DNA of 64,000 nucleotides from an uncultured delta proteobacterium (GCA_963752595.1 CAVVYZ010000005.1:192001-256000), one strand, 5' to 3'. Shown: positions 1-10,492, counted from the first letter of the stretch. Program-made: numbers and translations. Notes: generated by a model from the letters alone, not told the origin.

Positions 1-1
1 T

Positions 2-1471
2 ATCAGGGCTGCACGGGAGGAAATGATCCTCCTGCTCAATCCCGATGCATACTTTACCTCGGATATCATATCCGAGATGGTATCTTTCCTGAACTCCCAT
101 GAGCGGGCCGGTATCGCAGGCCCCCAGCTCGTTTTCCCGGACGGTTCTCCTCAGAATTCCATCGACATCATCCCCAACCTCGCAACAGAGTTCCTCAACA
201 AGTCGCTCCTGAAAATCCTCTTCCCCAAGGTCTACCCGAGCAAGCGCTCCGGGTTCACGGAGCCCGTGCAGGTTCCTTCGATCATCGGCGCGTGCATGTT
301 GATCAAGAAGAGGGTGATCGATGTGATCGGCCCTCTGGACGAGGGGTATTTCCTCTACCTCGAAGAAACAGACTTCTGCAAAAGGACAAGAGATGCCGGC
401 TTCGAGATCTGGCACCTCCCTCACCTGAAGATCGTCCATTACCAGGGGGAATCAGCCCGGCAGTCCGACACCAGGAGAAAGATCGAATACCGGAGGTCCA
501 TGTACCGGTTCTTCCTCAAGAACAAAGGGCCTTTGCAGGAGATGGCGCTCTCCCTCATCAGCCTTATCAAGCTCATCATCGAGACCTCAGGGTACATCCC
601 TTCTTCGGTAAGCAGGACAGGCAGGCATCGCCTGAAAAGGACTTTCTCGCTCCTGCTCTGGCATCTCACGGGAATGTCGCCCGGCTGGGGGCTCGAAAAG
701 ATCCTTCCCCCCTACCGGAAGATCAAAAGGAACGGGTACACCTGGTTCATCCCACAAAACGGCACTATCCCCGACCAGGCAGACGACCCCGAGCGCTTCA
801 TGGAATCTTTCGGCGATACGGTGCTGAACCGGTCGAGGACGACCTTTGTCAAATCAGGGGCCTTGGATGGCAAGCCTCTCTTCCTCAAACGATATAACTA
901 CAAAGGCCTCAAAGACACAGCCAAGAACCTTTTCCGGAAGAGCAGGGCCCAAAAGGCCTTCGAGGGAGCACTCATGCTCCGGCAGTGCGGGATACCTACC
1001 CCGCCGGTTGTTTTCGCCTGCGAGAGAAGGGTGTTCGGGGTTCTTCTGAAGTCCTACATCGCCACATGGGGTGTGGATGCCCGGGATCTTGTCAAGCATG
1101 TAAGCACCCATGGATACGACGAACAGCTGCTCGTTTCGGTAAGTTCTTTCATCCGCAGGCTCCATGAGATGGGTTTCATCCCCGTAGACCTCAAAGGAGA
1201 AAATCTGCTGAAAAGTCGTGAAAGCTTCTATCTCATAGACCTCGACAGGCTCAAGCACACCTCTTCGCCCGGCCTGAATGCCATCGCCAGGAATTTAAGC
1301 TACCTCAATGCATCCTTCTGCAGGAGCATCCCCCACGAAATGAGGCAGCTCTTCCTGGATGAATACCTTAAGGGAAATCCCCGGCTCATGGGAAGGAAGC
1401 AAGAACTGGAGCTGCGGATCAAAGAGCTTACCGGAAAGCGCCTCAAAAAGCGGTATCCGGGAAACGGATAG
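2..1471 (+). CDS. GT2 glycosyltransferase fused to a C-terminal Kdo/WaaP-like LPS kinase domain (5' partial)
   Basis: Frame is open from the window start (IRAAREEMILLLNPDA). GT2 motifs LLNPD, GACML, YFLYLEETDFC. Kinase-like motifs LFLKRY, DLKGENLL, LIDLD. Confidence 0.75.
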   Translation: MRAAREEMILLLNPDAYFTSDIISEMVSFLNSHERAGIAGPQLVFPDGSPQNSIDIIPNLATEFLNKSLLKILFPKVYPSKRSGFTEPVQVPSIIGACMLIKKRVIDVIGPLDEGYFLYLEETDFCKRTRDAGFEIWHLPHLKIVHYQGESARQSDTRRKIEYRRSMYRFFLKNKGPLQEMALSLISLIKLIIETSGYIPSSVSRTGRHRLKRTFSLLLWHLTGMSPGWGLEKILPPYRKIKRNGYTWFIPQNGTIPDQADDPERFMESFGDTVLNRSRTTFVKSGALDGKPLFLKRYNYKGLKDTAKNLFRKSRAQKAFEGALMLRQCGIPTPPVVFACERRVFGVLLKSYIATWGVDARDLVKHVSTHGYDEQLLVSVSSFIRRLHEMGFIPVDLKGENLLKSRESFYLIDLDRLKHTSSPGLNAIARNLSYLNASFCRSIPHEMRQLFLDEYLKGNPRLMGRKQELELRIKELTGKRLKKRYPGNG

Positions 1472-1484
1472 TAATCATCAAACT

Positions 1485-1802
1485 TTATTTACAGACGGGC
1501 TGAGATCCCGGTTTCAGATCTGCCAGGTATTCGACCACTGCAGGGATGTCTTCCGATGCCACAGAGGCTCCTTTGTCTACCATCCTGGTAACGGTCTTAT
1601 TCCATGCATCCCTGTCCTTCTTTCCAAGTCCGTCACATATTCTCGGGGTTTCATGACAGGCTGTGCATGCAGTCATTACAAGGTTTGCAGGATCCCCCGC
1701 CTGCTGAGACCTGGCTTGCGATTTTTCACAAGACACCGCTGCGGCAAGCAAAACAAAAAAAGCAACCGTAAGCCCGAGCATTACCCGAACACTGTTTTTC
1801 AT
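1485..1802 (-). CDS. Small monoheme cytochrome c, probable lipoprotein
   Basis: Signal peptide ending AAVSC, CTACH heme motif, and W..TV.RM with a candidate axial Met. Confidence 0.75.
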   Translation of the reverse strand: MKNSVRVMLGLTVAFFVLLAAAVSCEKSQARSQQAGDPANLVMTACTACHETPRICDGLGKKDRDAWNKTVTRMVDKGASVASEDIPAVVEYLADLKPGSQPVCK

Positions 1803-1847
1803 AAGACCCCCTTTTAACCTCGGAACACAATATTTTCATAATATGAG

Positions 1848-3264
1848 GAGCCGATTGCAAAACTCACAATGAGGGATAATATTGCGAATCAGCATATAAG
1901 TAATGAAATAGTGAAGAGAAAGCTCTATTCTTTTTGTGCTGAGCAAAAAGAAAGGAGAAGCGATGAGCAATCTCTTCGAGATATAGAATACCACACAGGC
2001 GAGACTTTTTCCACGGTTGGAAGAGAGACTCGATCCGTTGAGTGATAAGGAGCAGCAATTTGTGAGAGTTGTCTGTCTGATGGACCTGCCGAAGCACATG
2101 CAGGGGTATCGCTGGATCGGGATAGGGAGGAAGCGAGAGGACAGGGTCTCAATCGCCAAGGCGTTTGTGGCGAAGGCGGTATACAGTTTTGAGACGACGA
2201 AGGTGCTCATAGAGTGTGTGAGGGGGTGCAAGAATCCGAGGCGGTTATGCGGATGGGAGGCGAGAGGAGATATTCCCTCTGAGTCGACCTTTTGCCGGGC
2301 GTTTGGGGAGTACTCCCATGGATGCCTGCCACAGAAGATCCACGAGGCCATGGTGGAGGAGCATTGTGGGGACAAGCTTGTGGGTCATGTGAGCCGGGAT
2401 GCGACGGCCATAGAGGCACGAGAGACGAGAGAAGACGATAAAGAAAGAAGCGGGTGAAACTGCGTCGGTGCCGAAGAGGAAACGGGGTCGCCCCAGGCAG
2501 GGAGAAGAAGTTGTTCCCAAGCCTCCGAAGAGGCTGGATCTTCAGGTTGGCCGGAGCCTGGAGGAGAATCTAAAGGATCTGCCGTATCACTGTGCTGTAG
2601 GGACCAAGGTAGACAGCAAGGGATACAAGATGACCCGGAGGGGATACAAGCTGCATATCGACTGTATTGATGGGGATATTCCGGTGAGTGCAATATTAAC
2701 CTCTGCGTCATTGCATGATTCCCAGGCAGCGATACCGCTTATGCAGATGACGTCGAAGCGGGTGGTGAGTCTGTATGATCTTATGGATTCCGCCTATGAT
2801 GCGCCGCAGATCAAGGAATTCAGTGAGGCACTCTCGCATGTTCCGATCATTGATCCCAACCAGAGGCGAGGAGAGAAGATCCCGCTTGATCCGGCCAGGA
2901 AAGCTCGTTTTGCGCAAAGGAGCAGTAGTGAGAGAGTAAACTCGTATCTGAAAGACAACCACGGAGGAAATCATATCCGGGTAAGGGGGGCATCCAAGAT
3001 CATGGCACATCTCATGTTCGGGCTCATTGTCATAACCGCGAATCAGCTTTTTCAGATGCTTTGTTGAAAGGTGTACATGCAAACTAGGACATATTCTCGG
3101 TACTTCCCGTGCAGTATGGCGGACAGCTACGCCCGAAAATCCGCATTTGGGCAATTTTTAGAATGGTAACATCAGGTAAACAGCTCTCATGACCTTGAAC
3201 ATAGAAAGTAACAGCGGCTTTGGGCTTCAAAATCTAAACCGGCTGAGAGTTTTGCAATCGGCTC
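1848..3264 (+). mobile_element. Insertion sequence (DDE transposase, IS4/IS5-like; family not resolved)
   Basis: Perfect 18-bp terminal inverted repeats GAGCCGATTGCAAAACTC at 1848-1865 and 3247-3264. Flanks TATGAG (1842-1847) and TATGAA (3265-3270) resemble a target-site duplication. Confidence 0.9.
1963..3067 (+). pseudogene. IS transposase pseudogene
   Basis: AAGGAG RBS and ATG at 1963, in-frame TAG at 1984-1986, frameshift from the tandem duplication ACGAGAG at 2418-2431. Motifs SRDATAI, GYKLH, HDSQ, MDSAYD, RSSSERVN. Confidence 0.85.
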
Positions 3265-3303
3265 TATGAAGCTTCTTTTATACGACAAGATATTCAAACC
3301 TCA

Positions 3304-3681
3304 TTAATAGGTAACCGTATCAGTATCCGTATGGAATGAGCGTATCGTGACGGAGACCTTGTTGGGGATGCAGAGAATGCTTTCCGCCGAACGGCTGATC
3401 CTGCCCATGTGGATGCAGACCTTGTTCATGCAGGGAGATGACTCCATGAAAACCTTTCCTGAGCGTATCTCCACGATGCTCATGCCCAGGGGGCCGGGCA
3501 CCTGGACTTCTGCATCTTCGGCAAGAGGGATCTCCCTGAATAGCCCTTGGCCGGAATAAATCCGCACCAGTGACGCTTCCCGGGAACCGGACAAATCATG
3601 GACCCACCATAATACGGCAATCACGAGAATAGAGGCTATCAGGATCAGATCCGGCCATGTCATCCCCATAGCTTTTTTCAT
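3304..3681 (-). CDS. NusG domain II-containing (DUF1312-like) membrane-anchored protein
   Basis: N-terminal TM helix and the pattern SPCMNKVCIHMGRIS...ILCIPNKV. Confidence 0.8.
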   Translation of the reverse strand: MKKAMGMTWPDLILIASILVIAVLWWVHDLSGSREASLVRIYSGQGLFREIPLAEDAEVQVPGPLGMSIVEIRSGKVFMESSPCMNKVCIHMGRISRSAESILCIPNKVSVTIRSFHTDTDTVTY

Positions 3682-3810
3682 GGCATGCTTATATCCTTTT
3701 CTCCTTGCATTTCAAATACCCTTCCGAAGAAGCATAACCCAGCACGTTATTAAATACATCGGGTGAATATTGACCGGGACCCGGGTATGTGCATATAGTC
3801 CCTTTCTCAT

Positions 3811-4752
3811 ATGGACAAAGACATACTCCTCACACTGGGTTTCAAGGTGACCGAAATAACCGGGACGATATTCATAGTCCACGGCAACAATCGCGGCCGC
3901 TCTCCCTTCTCCAATGCCGTCCTTGTCCTCGACAGACACAGCGCGCTCATGGATGCGGGCTGCGGCCTTGATATATTGAGGCGTCTGAGCGATGCGCTCC
4001 GGATCGATCTCGTGGTCCTCTCCCACTCGCACCCTGATCATACCGGAGGTACCTGGCTCCTTAAGGATGCCGCAAAGTCCGATATCATCGTTCCCACCCA
4101 GGGGGCTGAGAGCATCGGCGTTGCCGATAAACTCGCAAGGAGGTTTGTAAGTGAAGACCTTGCCCAGCTTTGGGAAGACACCTATCTTCCGGTAACGGGG
4201 TTCAGAGACTTCACCTACACCTCGGAATACGACGGATCATCGGAGTTTTCGACCGGCGAAAACCGTTTCGTGGCCATGCATACCCCCGGCCACCTTCAGG
4301 ATCACTATTGCCTGTGGGAGCCTGATAGAAAGATCCTCATAGGCTTTGATATCGACATGAGCCCGTTCGGACCCTGGTACGGAAATCCCGAATCCGATAT
4401 CAGGAGCTTCAAAGAGTCGGTCGAGAAGGTCAAGGATCTGCCTGCCGAGATCTATATCTCCTCCCACGCAAGGCCCATGAAATCCCCCCATCTCATAAAA
4501 CGTCTGGCTTCCTATGAGTCCGTCTTTGCCGAAAGAGACCGCTTGATCCTTGCCGCCATGCCGCCACAAGGATGGATCGGCATCGAAGAGATCGTCGGGC
4601 GGTCGCTCATCTACCAGATAGACTACACGCTCCATCCCGACCGCATCCTGAAGTTCGGCGAAACCCAGATGGTGAGGAAGCACCTCCTGCACCTCGCTGC
4701 TTCCGGTTTGGTTGCAGCCGATGAACAGGACAGGTATCGGAAACTCCCATAA
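3811..4752 (+). CDS. MBL-fold metallo-hydrolase
   Basis: SHSHPDH, TPGH, GFD and SSH metal-binding motifs. Confidence 0.85.
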   Translation: MDKDILLTLGFKVTEITGTIFIVHGNNRGRSPFSNAVLVLDRHSALMDAGCGLDILRRLSDALRIDLVVLSHSHPDHTGGTWLLKDAAKSDIIVPTQGAESIGVADKLARRFVSEDLAQLWEDTYLPVTGFRDFTYTSEYDGSSEFSTGENRFVAMHTPGHLQDHYCLWEPDRKILIGFDIDMSPFGPWYGNPESDIRSFKESVEKVKDLPAEIYISSHARPMKSPHLIKRLASYESVFAERDRLILAAMPPQGWIGIEEIVGRSLIYQIDYTLHPDRILKFGETQMVRKHLLHLAASGLVAADEQDRYRKLP

Positions 4753-4853
4753 CGTATAGAAGACGCATTTCACCGTTAATCGAAAGTAATACGCAGCTTT
4801 CCGCACTATCAAACCAGGCTGTCTGTGCCCTGAAAACATATGGACAGAAATAT

Positions 4854-4881
4854 TCAAGATTTATCATCTATTTTCCGATTC
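4854..4881 (+). promoter_or_regulatory. Weak sigma28 (FliA)-like promoter
   Basis: TCAA-N16-TCCGATTC about 115 bp upstream of the 4997 gene. Confidence 0.3.
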
Positions 4882-4996
4882 ACCCATTACTGTGGAGATA
4901 AAAAATATCCTGCAGAATAGACCTTCACCTGCGACGCACGGAGTCTGTCCGGTTCATTTGTTTATGTTGGACAATATGAAAAAGATGAGATAGCTA

Positions 4997-6676
4997 ATGG
5001 ATATGTCGAATCCGACAAAGAATTATCAGAAAGATGCAGCCGAAGACCTCCCGAATGATGACAAAATACCCTCGAAGATCCTCGTCGTAGACGACAGCCG
5101 GGTTGTCCGCACCTACCTGCAGTCGCACCTGCAGAAAGAGGGGTATGAGGTTATCGCTGCAAAGGATGGGAAAGAAGCCCTTTCCTTACTTTCCGACAAT
5201 ATCGGCATCGTACTGCTCGACCTGTGGATGCCCGAAATGGACGGCATGGCATGCCTACGCCATATCCGGGAAAACTTCCCCGATATCCCCACCATCATGA
5301 TCACGGTGAGTCATGAGATCTCGAACGCCGTAGAAGCAATGAAGTACGGGGCATTCGATTACGTCACGAAGCCTTTCAACCCCAACGAACTCCTCGCCCT
5401 CGTCCAGCAGGCCCTGAAAACCAGAATCCAGGCGCAGCGTTTGCGCAAGGTCGAGGCTGAGCTTGCCAAGGCCCGCGAGCATGAGATCTCGATTGCTTCG
5501 CGCATCCAGCAGACGCTGCTCCTCGGAGGTGCTCCCAAAAGCCTCAAGGGGGTGCGCATAGGCGATCTCACCATTGCATCCAAAAGGATCGACGGCGACT
5601 TTTATGACTTCTATATGGTCGGGGATACATGCTTCGATGTCATCGTGGGTGACGTCATGGGCAAGGGTATTCCGGCGGCTCTCCTGGGAGCTGCCGCAAA
5701 GCAGCATTTCATGGGTGTGCTCTACCGCCTTACCCGCATCCCGGAAGGGGCCGGCATGCCCACTCCTGAAGAGATCGTACAGTCGGTCCATGCGGAGATG
5801 ATCGGGCAGATGAAGGACCTGGAGACCTTCTTCACCCTCTGCTATGCCCGCTTCGACTTGGTCAAAAATCTGATCAGTTATGTAGACTGCGGGCACATGA
5901 GGACCATCCACTACCACTTCGAGACAAATTCCTGCACCCTGCTCCAGGGTGTAAACATGCCGCTCGGTTTCCCCGGGCAGGATCATTTCAAACAGATCCT
6001 GATCCCTTTTTCCAACGGCGACCTCTTTTTCTTCTATTCCGATGGATTGACCGAGGCAAAAAATCCTAAACACGAATTCTACGGCGAGCAGCGCCTCGTG
6101 GACCTTGTCAGACGGCACTCATTCCTTGAGCCGCAGGAACTCTGCAAGACCGCCTGGAAGGAAATCACCGCATTTTCCCAGTGCGATACCTTTTCCGATG
6201 ATTTCACCTGCGTTGCCGTCAAGATCGAGGTCCCTGAGCCGACGGAACGCTATGATCAGGAATGGAAGCTGGAAGTTCCCAGCGAGCTGGGAGAGCTCGG
6301 AAGGATCAGGGCCTTTATTCAGGATATGTGCAAGAGCATGGGAACGAACGTGGTGGACGATGAAAGGATAAAGATGATCCAGATCGTCGCCACCGAGATC
6401 ATGACGAATATTATCAAGCACGCCTATCAGGGAAGACAGGGTGAAAGCGCCCTCATAGAGGCAAAGACCTCACGCGACGAGATCGTGCTGTATTTCTACG
6501 ACCACGGGATCGAGTTCGATTTCTCGTCAGCGCCCAAGCCTGTATTCGACGGATCAAAGGATGACGGATTCGGTCTCCACATCATTACACACACAGCCGA
6601 CTATGTGCGATACTCCCGTGATGAAACCGGGAGGAATTGCGCCTGCGTGACATTCTTCCTTCAAAGGAGGGGATAA
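4997..6676 (+). CDS. REC-PP2C(SpoIIE)-RsbW-like serine kinase fusion (HsbR-like domain order)
   Basis: REC motifs VVDD, LLDLWMP, KP. PP2C motifs GDFYD, GDVMGKG, YSDGLTE, DDFT. HATPase motifs EIMTNIIKHAY, DHG, GFGL. Confidence 0.9.
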   Translation: MDMSNPTKNYQKDAAEDLPNDDKIPSKILVVDDSRVVRTYLQSHLQKEGYEVIAAKDGKEALSLLSDNIGIVLLDLWMPEMDGMACLRHIRENFPDIPTIMITVSHEISNAVEAMKYGAFDYVTKPFNPNELLALVQQALKTRIQAQRLRKVEAELAKAREHEISIASRIQQTLLLGGAPKSLKGVRIGDLTIASKRIDGDFYDFYMVGDTCFDVIVGDVMGKGIPAALLGAAAKQHFMGVLYRLTRIPEGAGMPTPEEIVQSVHAEMIGQMKDLETFFTLCYARFDLVKNLISYVDCGHMRTIHYHFETNSCTLLQGVNMPLGFPGQDHFKQILIPFSNGDLFFFYSDGLTEAKNPKHEFYGEQRLVDLVRRHSFLEPQELCKTAWKEITAFSQCDTFSDDFTCVAVKIEVPEPTERYDQEWKLEVPSELGELGRIRAFIQDMCKSMGTNVVDDERIKMIQIVATEIMTNIIKHAYQGRQGESALIEAKTSRDEIVLYFYDHGIEFDFSSAPKPVFDGSKDDGFGLHIITHTADYVRYSRDETGRNCACVTFFLQRRG

Positions 6677-6678
6677 GT

Positions 6679-7023
6679 ATGAAATTCACCGTAGAAAACC
6701 TTGACGGAATCACGATCATCTCATCCCTGCCCAAGGCTCTCGATGCAAGCAATGCCATGGATTTCAAGGCAGATATAGGCCGCATCCTCGAGGAAAGCTC
6801 GCGGGTGATATTCGACATGAGCGATTTGAAATTCATCGACTCGGCCGGGTGCGGCGCGCTCATAACCTCACTGAGGCGTGTCAAAGGCTCAGGCGGCATC
6901 CTGAAGCTCTATGACGTTCAGAAGCAGGTACGTTCCGTATTCGAGCTGGTGAGAATGCATAAGGTCATTGATATCTTCAATACGCGGCAGGAGGCCCTGA
7001 ATTCTTTTTCACAGGACCGGTGA
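6679..7023 (+). CDS. STAS-domain anti-sigma factor antagonist (RsbV/SpoIIAA-like)
   Basis: GGAGG RBS before ATG 6679. DMSDLKFIDSAG phospho-Ser motif. Confidence 0.9.
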   Translation: MKFTVENLDGITIISSLPKALDASNAMDFKADIGRILEESSRVIFDMSDLKFIDSAGCGALITSLRRVKGSGGILKLYDVQKQVRSVFELVRMHKVIDIFNTRQEALNSFSQDR

Positions 7024-7131
7024 GGATCTTTTTATCCGGAAACCACTGACCTGCGGGCCTGTACCTGATTCCTCCAATTGGAAGTCTTTTAAGATACCCA
7101 TCGTAGAAATGCTTCGGAAAAACCATACGCC

Positions 7132-7881
7132 ATGAACCCGAACTCCAAGGATTCAGAACGCCCCCTCGATCTACTCGAAGAGCTCTACGAGCGGTACGGC
7201 AAAGACCAGGCGCTGAGTTCCTTCCCGCAGCGGTTCCGTCTCTGGCGGAAAAAGACCGCCTGGATAGCTGCAACCGGCGGGGCCAAACTCCTGAAACGCA
7301 GCGCCGATATAACAGCCTCGGTCTGGCTCTTTGTCATGCTTTCTCCACTTTTCGCCATCGTGTCGGCCGCCATCAAACTCACCGATGGCGGGCCGGTTCT
7401 CTATTGGCAGACACGGGTAGGGAAATGGGGGCAGGAATTCAGGTTTCCCAAATTCAGGTCCATGCGGGTAAACGCTGACTCCGAGAGGGAAACCCTCCTG
7501 AAACAAAGCGATCACAAGGAAAGCATCACGTTTAAAATGAAAAACGACCCCCGGATAACGCTCGTGGGCCGGATCATCAGGAGAACCAGTATCGATGAGC
7601 TGCCCCAGCTCTGGAACGTCATAAAGGGCGAGATGTCCCTCGTCGGCCCACGGCCCCCCATTCCGGAAGAAGTCGACAAGTATACGCTGAAAGATCGCAG
7701 AAGGCTGGATATAATCCCAGGGCTCACCTGTATTTGGCAGGTCAGCGGCCGCGGCGATGTCCCGTTCCCCAAGCAGCTGGAATACGATATACAGTACATC
7801 GAGAGCCATAGCCTTATGCTCGACCTCAAGCTTCTGTTAAAAACGATCTCTGCAGTCCTCACCGGCAGAGGAGCTTATTAG
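7132..7881 (+). CDS. Priming sugar transferase (monotopic phosphoglycosyl transferase)
   Basis: [35 protein letters not shown]. Confidence 0.93.
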   Translation: MNPNSKDSERPLDLLEELYERYGKDQALSSFPQRFRLWRKKTAWIAATGGAKLLKRSADITASVWLFVMLSPLFAIVSAAIKLTDGGPVLYWQTRVGKWGQEFRFPKFRSMRVNADSERETLLKQSDHKESITFKMKNDPRITLVGRIIRRTSIDELPQLWNVIKGEMSLVGPRPPIPEEVDKYTLKDRRRLDIIPGLTCIWQVSGRGDVPFPKQLEYDIQYIESHSLMLDLKLLLKTISAVLTGRGAY

Positions 7882-7883
7882 AG

Positions 7884-9452
7884 ATGAGCACCATCCTCAT
7901 AGCAACCGGAGAGACAGGCTGTATGAAGGCACTCGGAGAAACGAGACCGGTACCCATGCTGCCCCTGATCGACCGCCCGTTCATTCAGCACGTAGTGGAA
8001 TTCCTGGCAGGACAGGGAAGAAAGGATTTGGATATCATCCTCTCTCATCTTCCCCAGCAGATCGAAACCCTGCTCGGAGACGGCAGCAGGTGGGGCTGCA
8101 CATTCCGGTACCACCTCGTAAGGAACCTTTCGCAAGTCAGCAGGACCGTAAGAACAATCATGGACGAGAAAGATGAGCCCTGCCTCCTGGTCGATGCAAC
8201 GGCCATCCCCCAGATCGAACTCAATCAGACGGACAGGAACGACATCGGCAAAGGACCGGTTTTTTACTGTCTTGAGAGTGAGAAAAGCAGGATCTGCGAC
8301 GCTGCCTGCCCCTGGACAGGATGGGCCTGGTTACCGCAGTATGCGATACGGGTCTTTCCCGTGCTGGACAAATGGGAAGACCTGTACCACTGGGCTCATG
8401 TCCGGTTTCGCAAGAGATGCAGCACTATAAAGACACAGACCGTGCTTCGTATGGACACTTATTCCCATATGCTCGCAGCCCACAGGCAGGTCCTTGATAA
8501 GCAGTTTACCGGCCTGATGGTCACCGGCACCGAGGTGGAGGAAGGCATCTGGCTATCCAGAAATGTAGAGCTCCATCCGTACGCTCGCATCGTCAAGCCT
8601 GTCCACATCGGGCAGGACTGCCATATCGGCAAGGGAGTTCAGATCGGGCCTTATGCCGTCATCGGCAGGAACTGTGTCCTGGACGAACGCTCCACCATAT
8701 CCGATGCGGTGATCTTTCCGAACACGTATGTAGGCGAAGCCCTGGAGCTCAAAGATGTGATCGCGGACAAGAGCCGGCTCATCAATGAGCGCTACTCATC
8801 CGAAGTGACCATCACCGATGAGTTCATCCTCAGCAACATCAGGGAGAATGAGGTGAGGAAATGGCTTTCGGGTTTATTTTCGCGTGCATTCGCGGTCATC
8901 CTCCTGATGCTCACCTTTCCCTTGCTCCTTTCCACTTTCCTGAACCTGAAGAGAAAAAGACAGGGACAGGTCCTGTATAAAAGCCGGGTAGTAAAGCTCC
9001 CTTCCGAATATGACCAGGCCTTATGGAAGACATATTCCCTCCTCAGTTTCACCCCTTTCAGGGAAAAAACCGGTATGGAACCGGAAAGGAGCGACTTCCC
9101 TGCGGACCCTCCGACACGAGGCGATATCCGCAGCCACTTCCTCCTTACGGTACTTCCCGGCCTCATCAACGTGGCGCGGGGAGATCTCCAGGTAATCGGC
9201 GTGAACCCCCGCACAAAAGACGAACTGTCGAGTCTTCACAAAGATTGGGCAATGGCCTACCTCAAGTCCAAGGCAGGGCTGATCACCGAGAGCTTCATCA
9301 ATTTCGGATTCCATGCATCCGCCGATGAGGTTTACTCGGCCGAAATGATCTATTGTGCGTCATTCACGAGAAAGAAAGATCTGGTGATCCTGGGCAGGTA
9401 CTTCGGCCGTCTGCTCCGAGAACTGATCCTGCAGGGTTCGAAAAAGAAATGA
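7884..9452 (+). CDS. Nucleotidyltransferase-like / beta-helix / degenerate sugar-transferase fusion protein
   Basis: PMLPLIDRPFIQH and GDGSRWG at the N terminus, hexapeptide repeats, one TM helix, then LPGLINVARGDLQVIGVNPR. Confidence 0.7.
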   Translation: MSTILIATGETGCMKALGETRPVPMLPLIDRPFIQHVVEFLAGQGRKDLDIILSHLPQQIETLLGDGSRWGCTFRYHLVRNLSQVSRTVRTIMDEKDEPCLLVDATAIPQIELNQTDRNDIGKGPVFYCLESEKSRICDAACPWTGWAWLPQYAIRVFPVLDKWEDLYHWAHVRFRKRCSTIKTQTVLRMDTYSHMLAAHRQVLDKQFTGLMVTGTEVEEGIWLSRNVELHPYARIVKPVHIGQDCHIGKGVQIGPYAVIGRNCVLDERSTISDAVIFPNTYVGEALELKDVIADKSRLINERYSSEVTITDEFILSNIRENEVRKWLSGLFSRAFAVILLMLTFPLLLSTFLNLKRKRQGQVLYKSRVVKLPSEYDQALWKTYSLLSFTPFREKTGMEPERSDFPADPPTRGDIRSHFLLTVLPGLINVARGDLQVIGVNPRTKDELSSLHKDWAMAYLKSKAGLITESFINFGFHASADEVYSAEMIYCASFTRKKDLVILGRYFGRLLRELILQGSKKK

Positions 9453-10441
9453 TCTATTATCTGTGTCCGGACAACAATGAGCCCATCGGGGGCGTGAAAA
9501 AGATATATACCCATGTGGACATCCTGAACAGTAACGGCTTCCCGGCATACGTGCTCCACCGGAAGAAAAACTTCCGCTGTGACTGGTTCCGGAATACTAC
9601 ACAGATTGCCTACCTCAAGAAATCCACAATCTCCGAGGAGGACTTTATCGTTATCCCCGAGTTCTATAATCTGGCATATATGAATCCCAAACGGCGTGAT
9701 GACGCATCAAAAGGCTTTCTTGAGGTATTCGCCTCTGCAGCGCAAAAGGTAATTTTCAACCAGAACACCTACTACACCTTTTATGGGGATTCATTCGACA
9801 CAGATGACTTGAGGAATATCCATATCGACGACCAGACCGTTGCAGCCATGGTCGTATCGGAAGACGGAGCACTGTTTCTCCGCCGTGCATTCCCCGGGTT
9901 AACCGTCATGAGGGTCCATAATTCCATCGATACCTCAATCTTTTCCCATGAGGGAAGGAAGAAGAACCAGATCTGCTTCATGCCGAGGAAAAACAGAGAC
10001 CATGCTATTAATGTTATAAATATACTAAAATACAGAGGGGTGCTTGACGGGTTCCCCCTGGTGCCCATCGAGGGCAAGACAGAGAAACAGACCTCGGAGA
10101 TCATGAAGGAATCCCTCATATTCTTAAGCTTCGGGTACCCTGAAGGATTCTCCCTTCCTCCTGCCGAAGCCATGGCATGTGGATGCATCGTCATCGGATA
10201 CCACGGCATGGGCGGCAAAGAATATTTTAACCCTGACTTCTGTTATCCCATAGAAACAGGCAATATCCTTGATTTTGCCGGAACCGTCGAAGATGTGATT
10301 AAAACATCCTGGACCAGCCCGGCGCTCCTCCAGGAAAAAGCCTTGAAGGGATCGTCTTTTATCCGGGAAAATTACTCCCCAGCCATTGAGCAAAAGGATG
10401 TTCTCTCATGCTGGGAGACGTTACATGCAGGTATGTTCTGA
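9449..10441 (+). CDS. GT4 glycosyltransferase
   Basis: ATGA overlap with the upstream stop. Motifs PIGGVK and EGFSLPPAEAMACG. Confidence 0.85.
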   Translation: MIYYLCPDNNEPIGGVKKIYTHVDILNSNGFPAYVLHRKKNFRCDWFRNTTQIAYLKKSTISEEDFIVIPEFYNLAYMNPKRRDDASKGFLEVFASAAQKVIFNQNTYYTFYGDSFDTDDLRNIHIDDQTVAAMVVSEDGALFLRRAFPGLTVMRVHNSIDTSIFSHEGRKKNQICFMPRKNRDHAINVINILKYRGVLDGFPLVPIEGKTEKQTSEIMKESLIFLSFGYPEGFSLPPAEAMACGCIVIGYHGMGGKEYFNPDFCYPIETGNILDFAGTVEDVIKTSWTSPALLQEKALKGSSFIRENYSPAIEQKDVLSCWETLHAGMF

Positions 10442-10492
10442 GGACCCGCGTCAGTTTCTCTGGGGATAGCGCTTTTTCAAGAAAAAAATCTT

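Noticed and set aside
1984-1986. Pyrrolysine or readthrough at the transposase TAG, or programmed frameshifting
   Set aside because: A second lesion exists, no pyl genes are visible, and the frameshift is explained by a 7-bp duplication rather than a slippery site.
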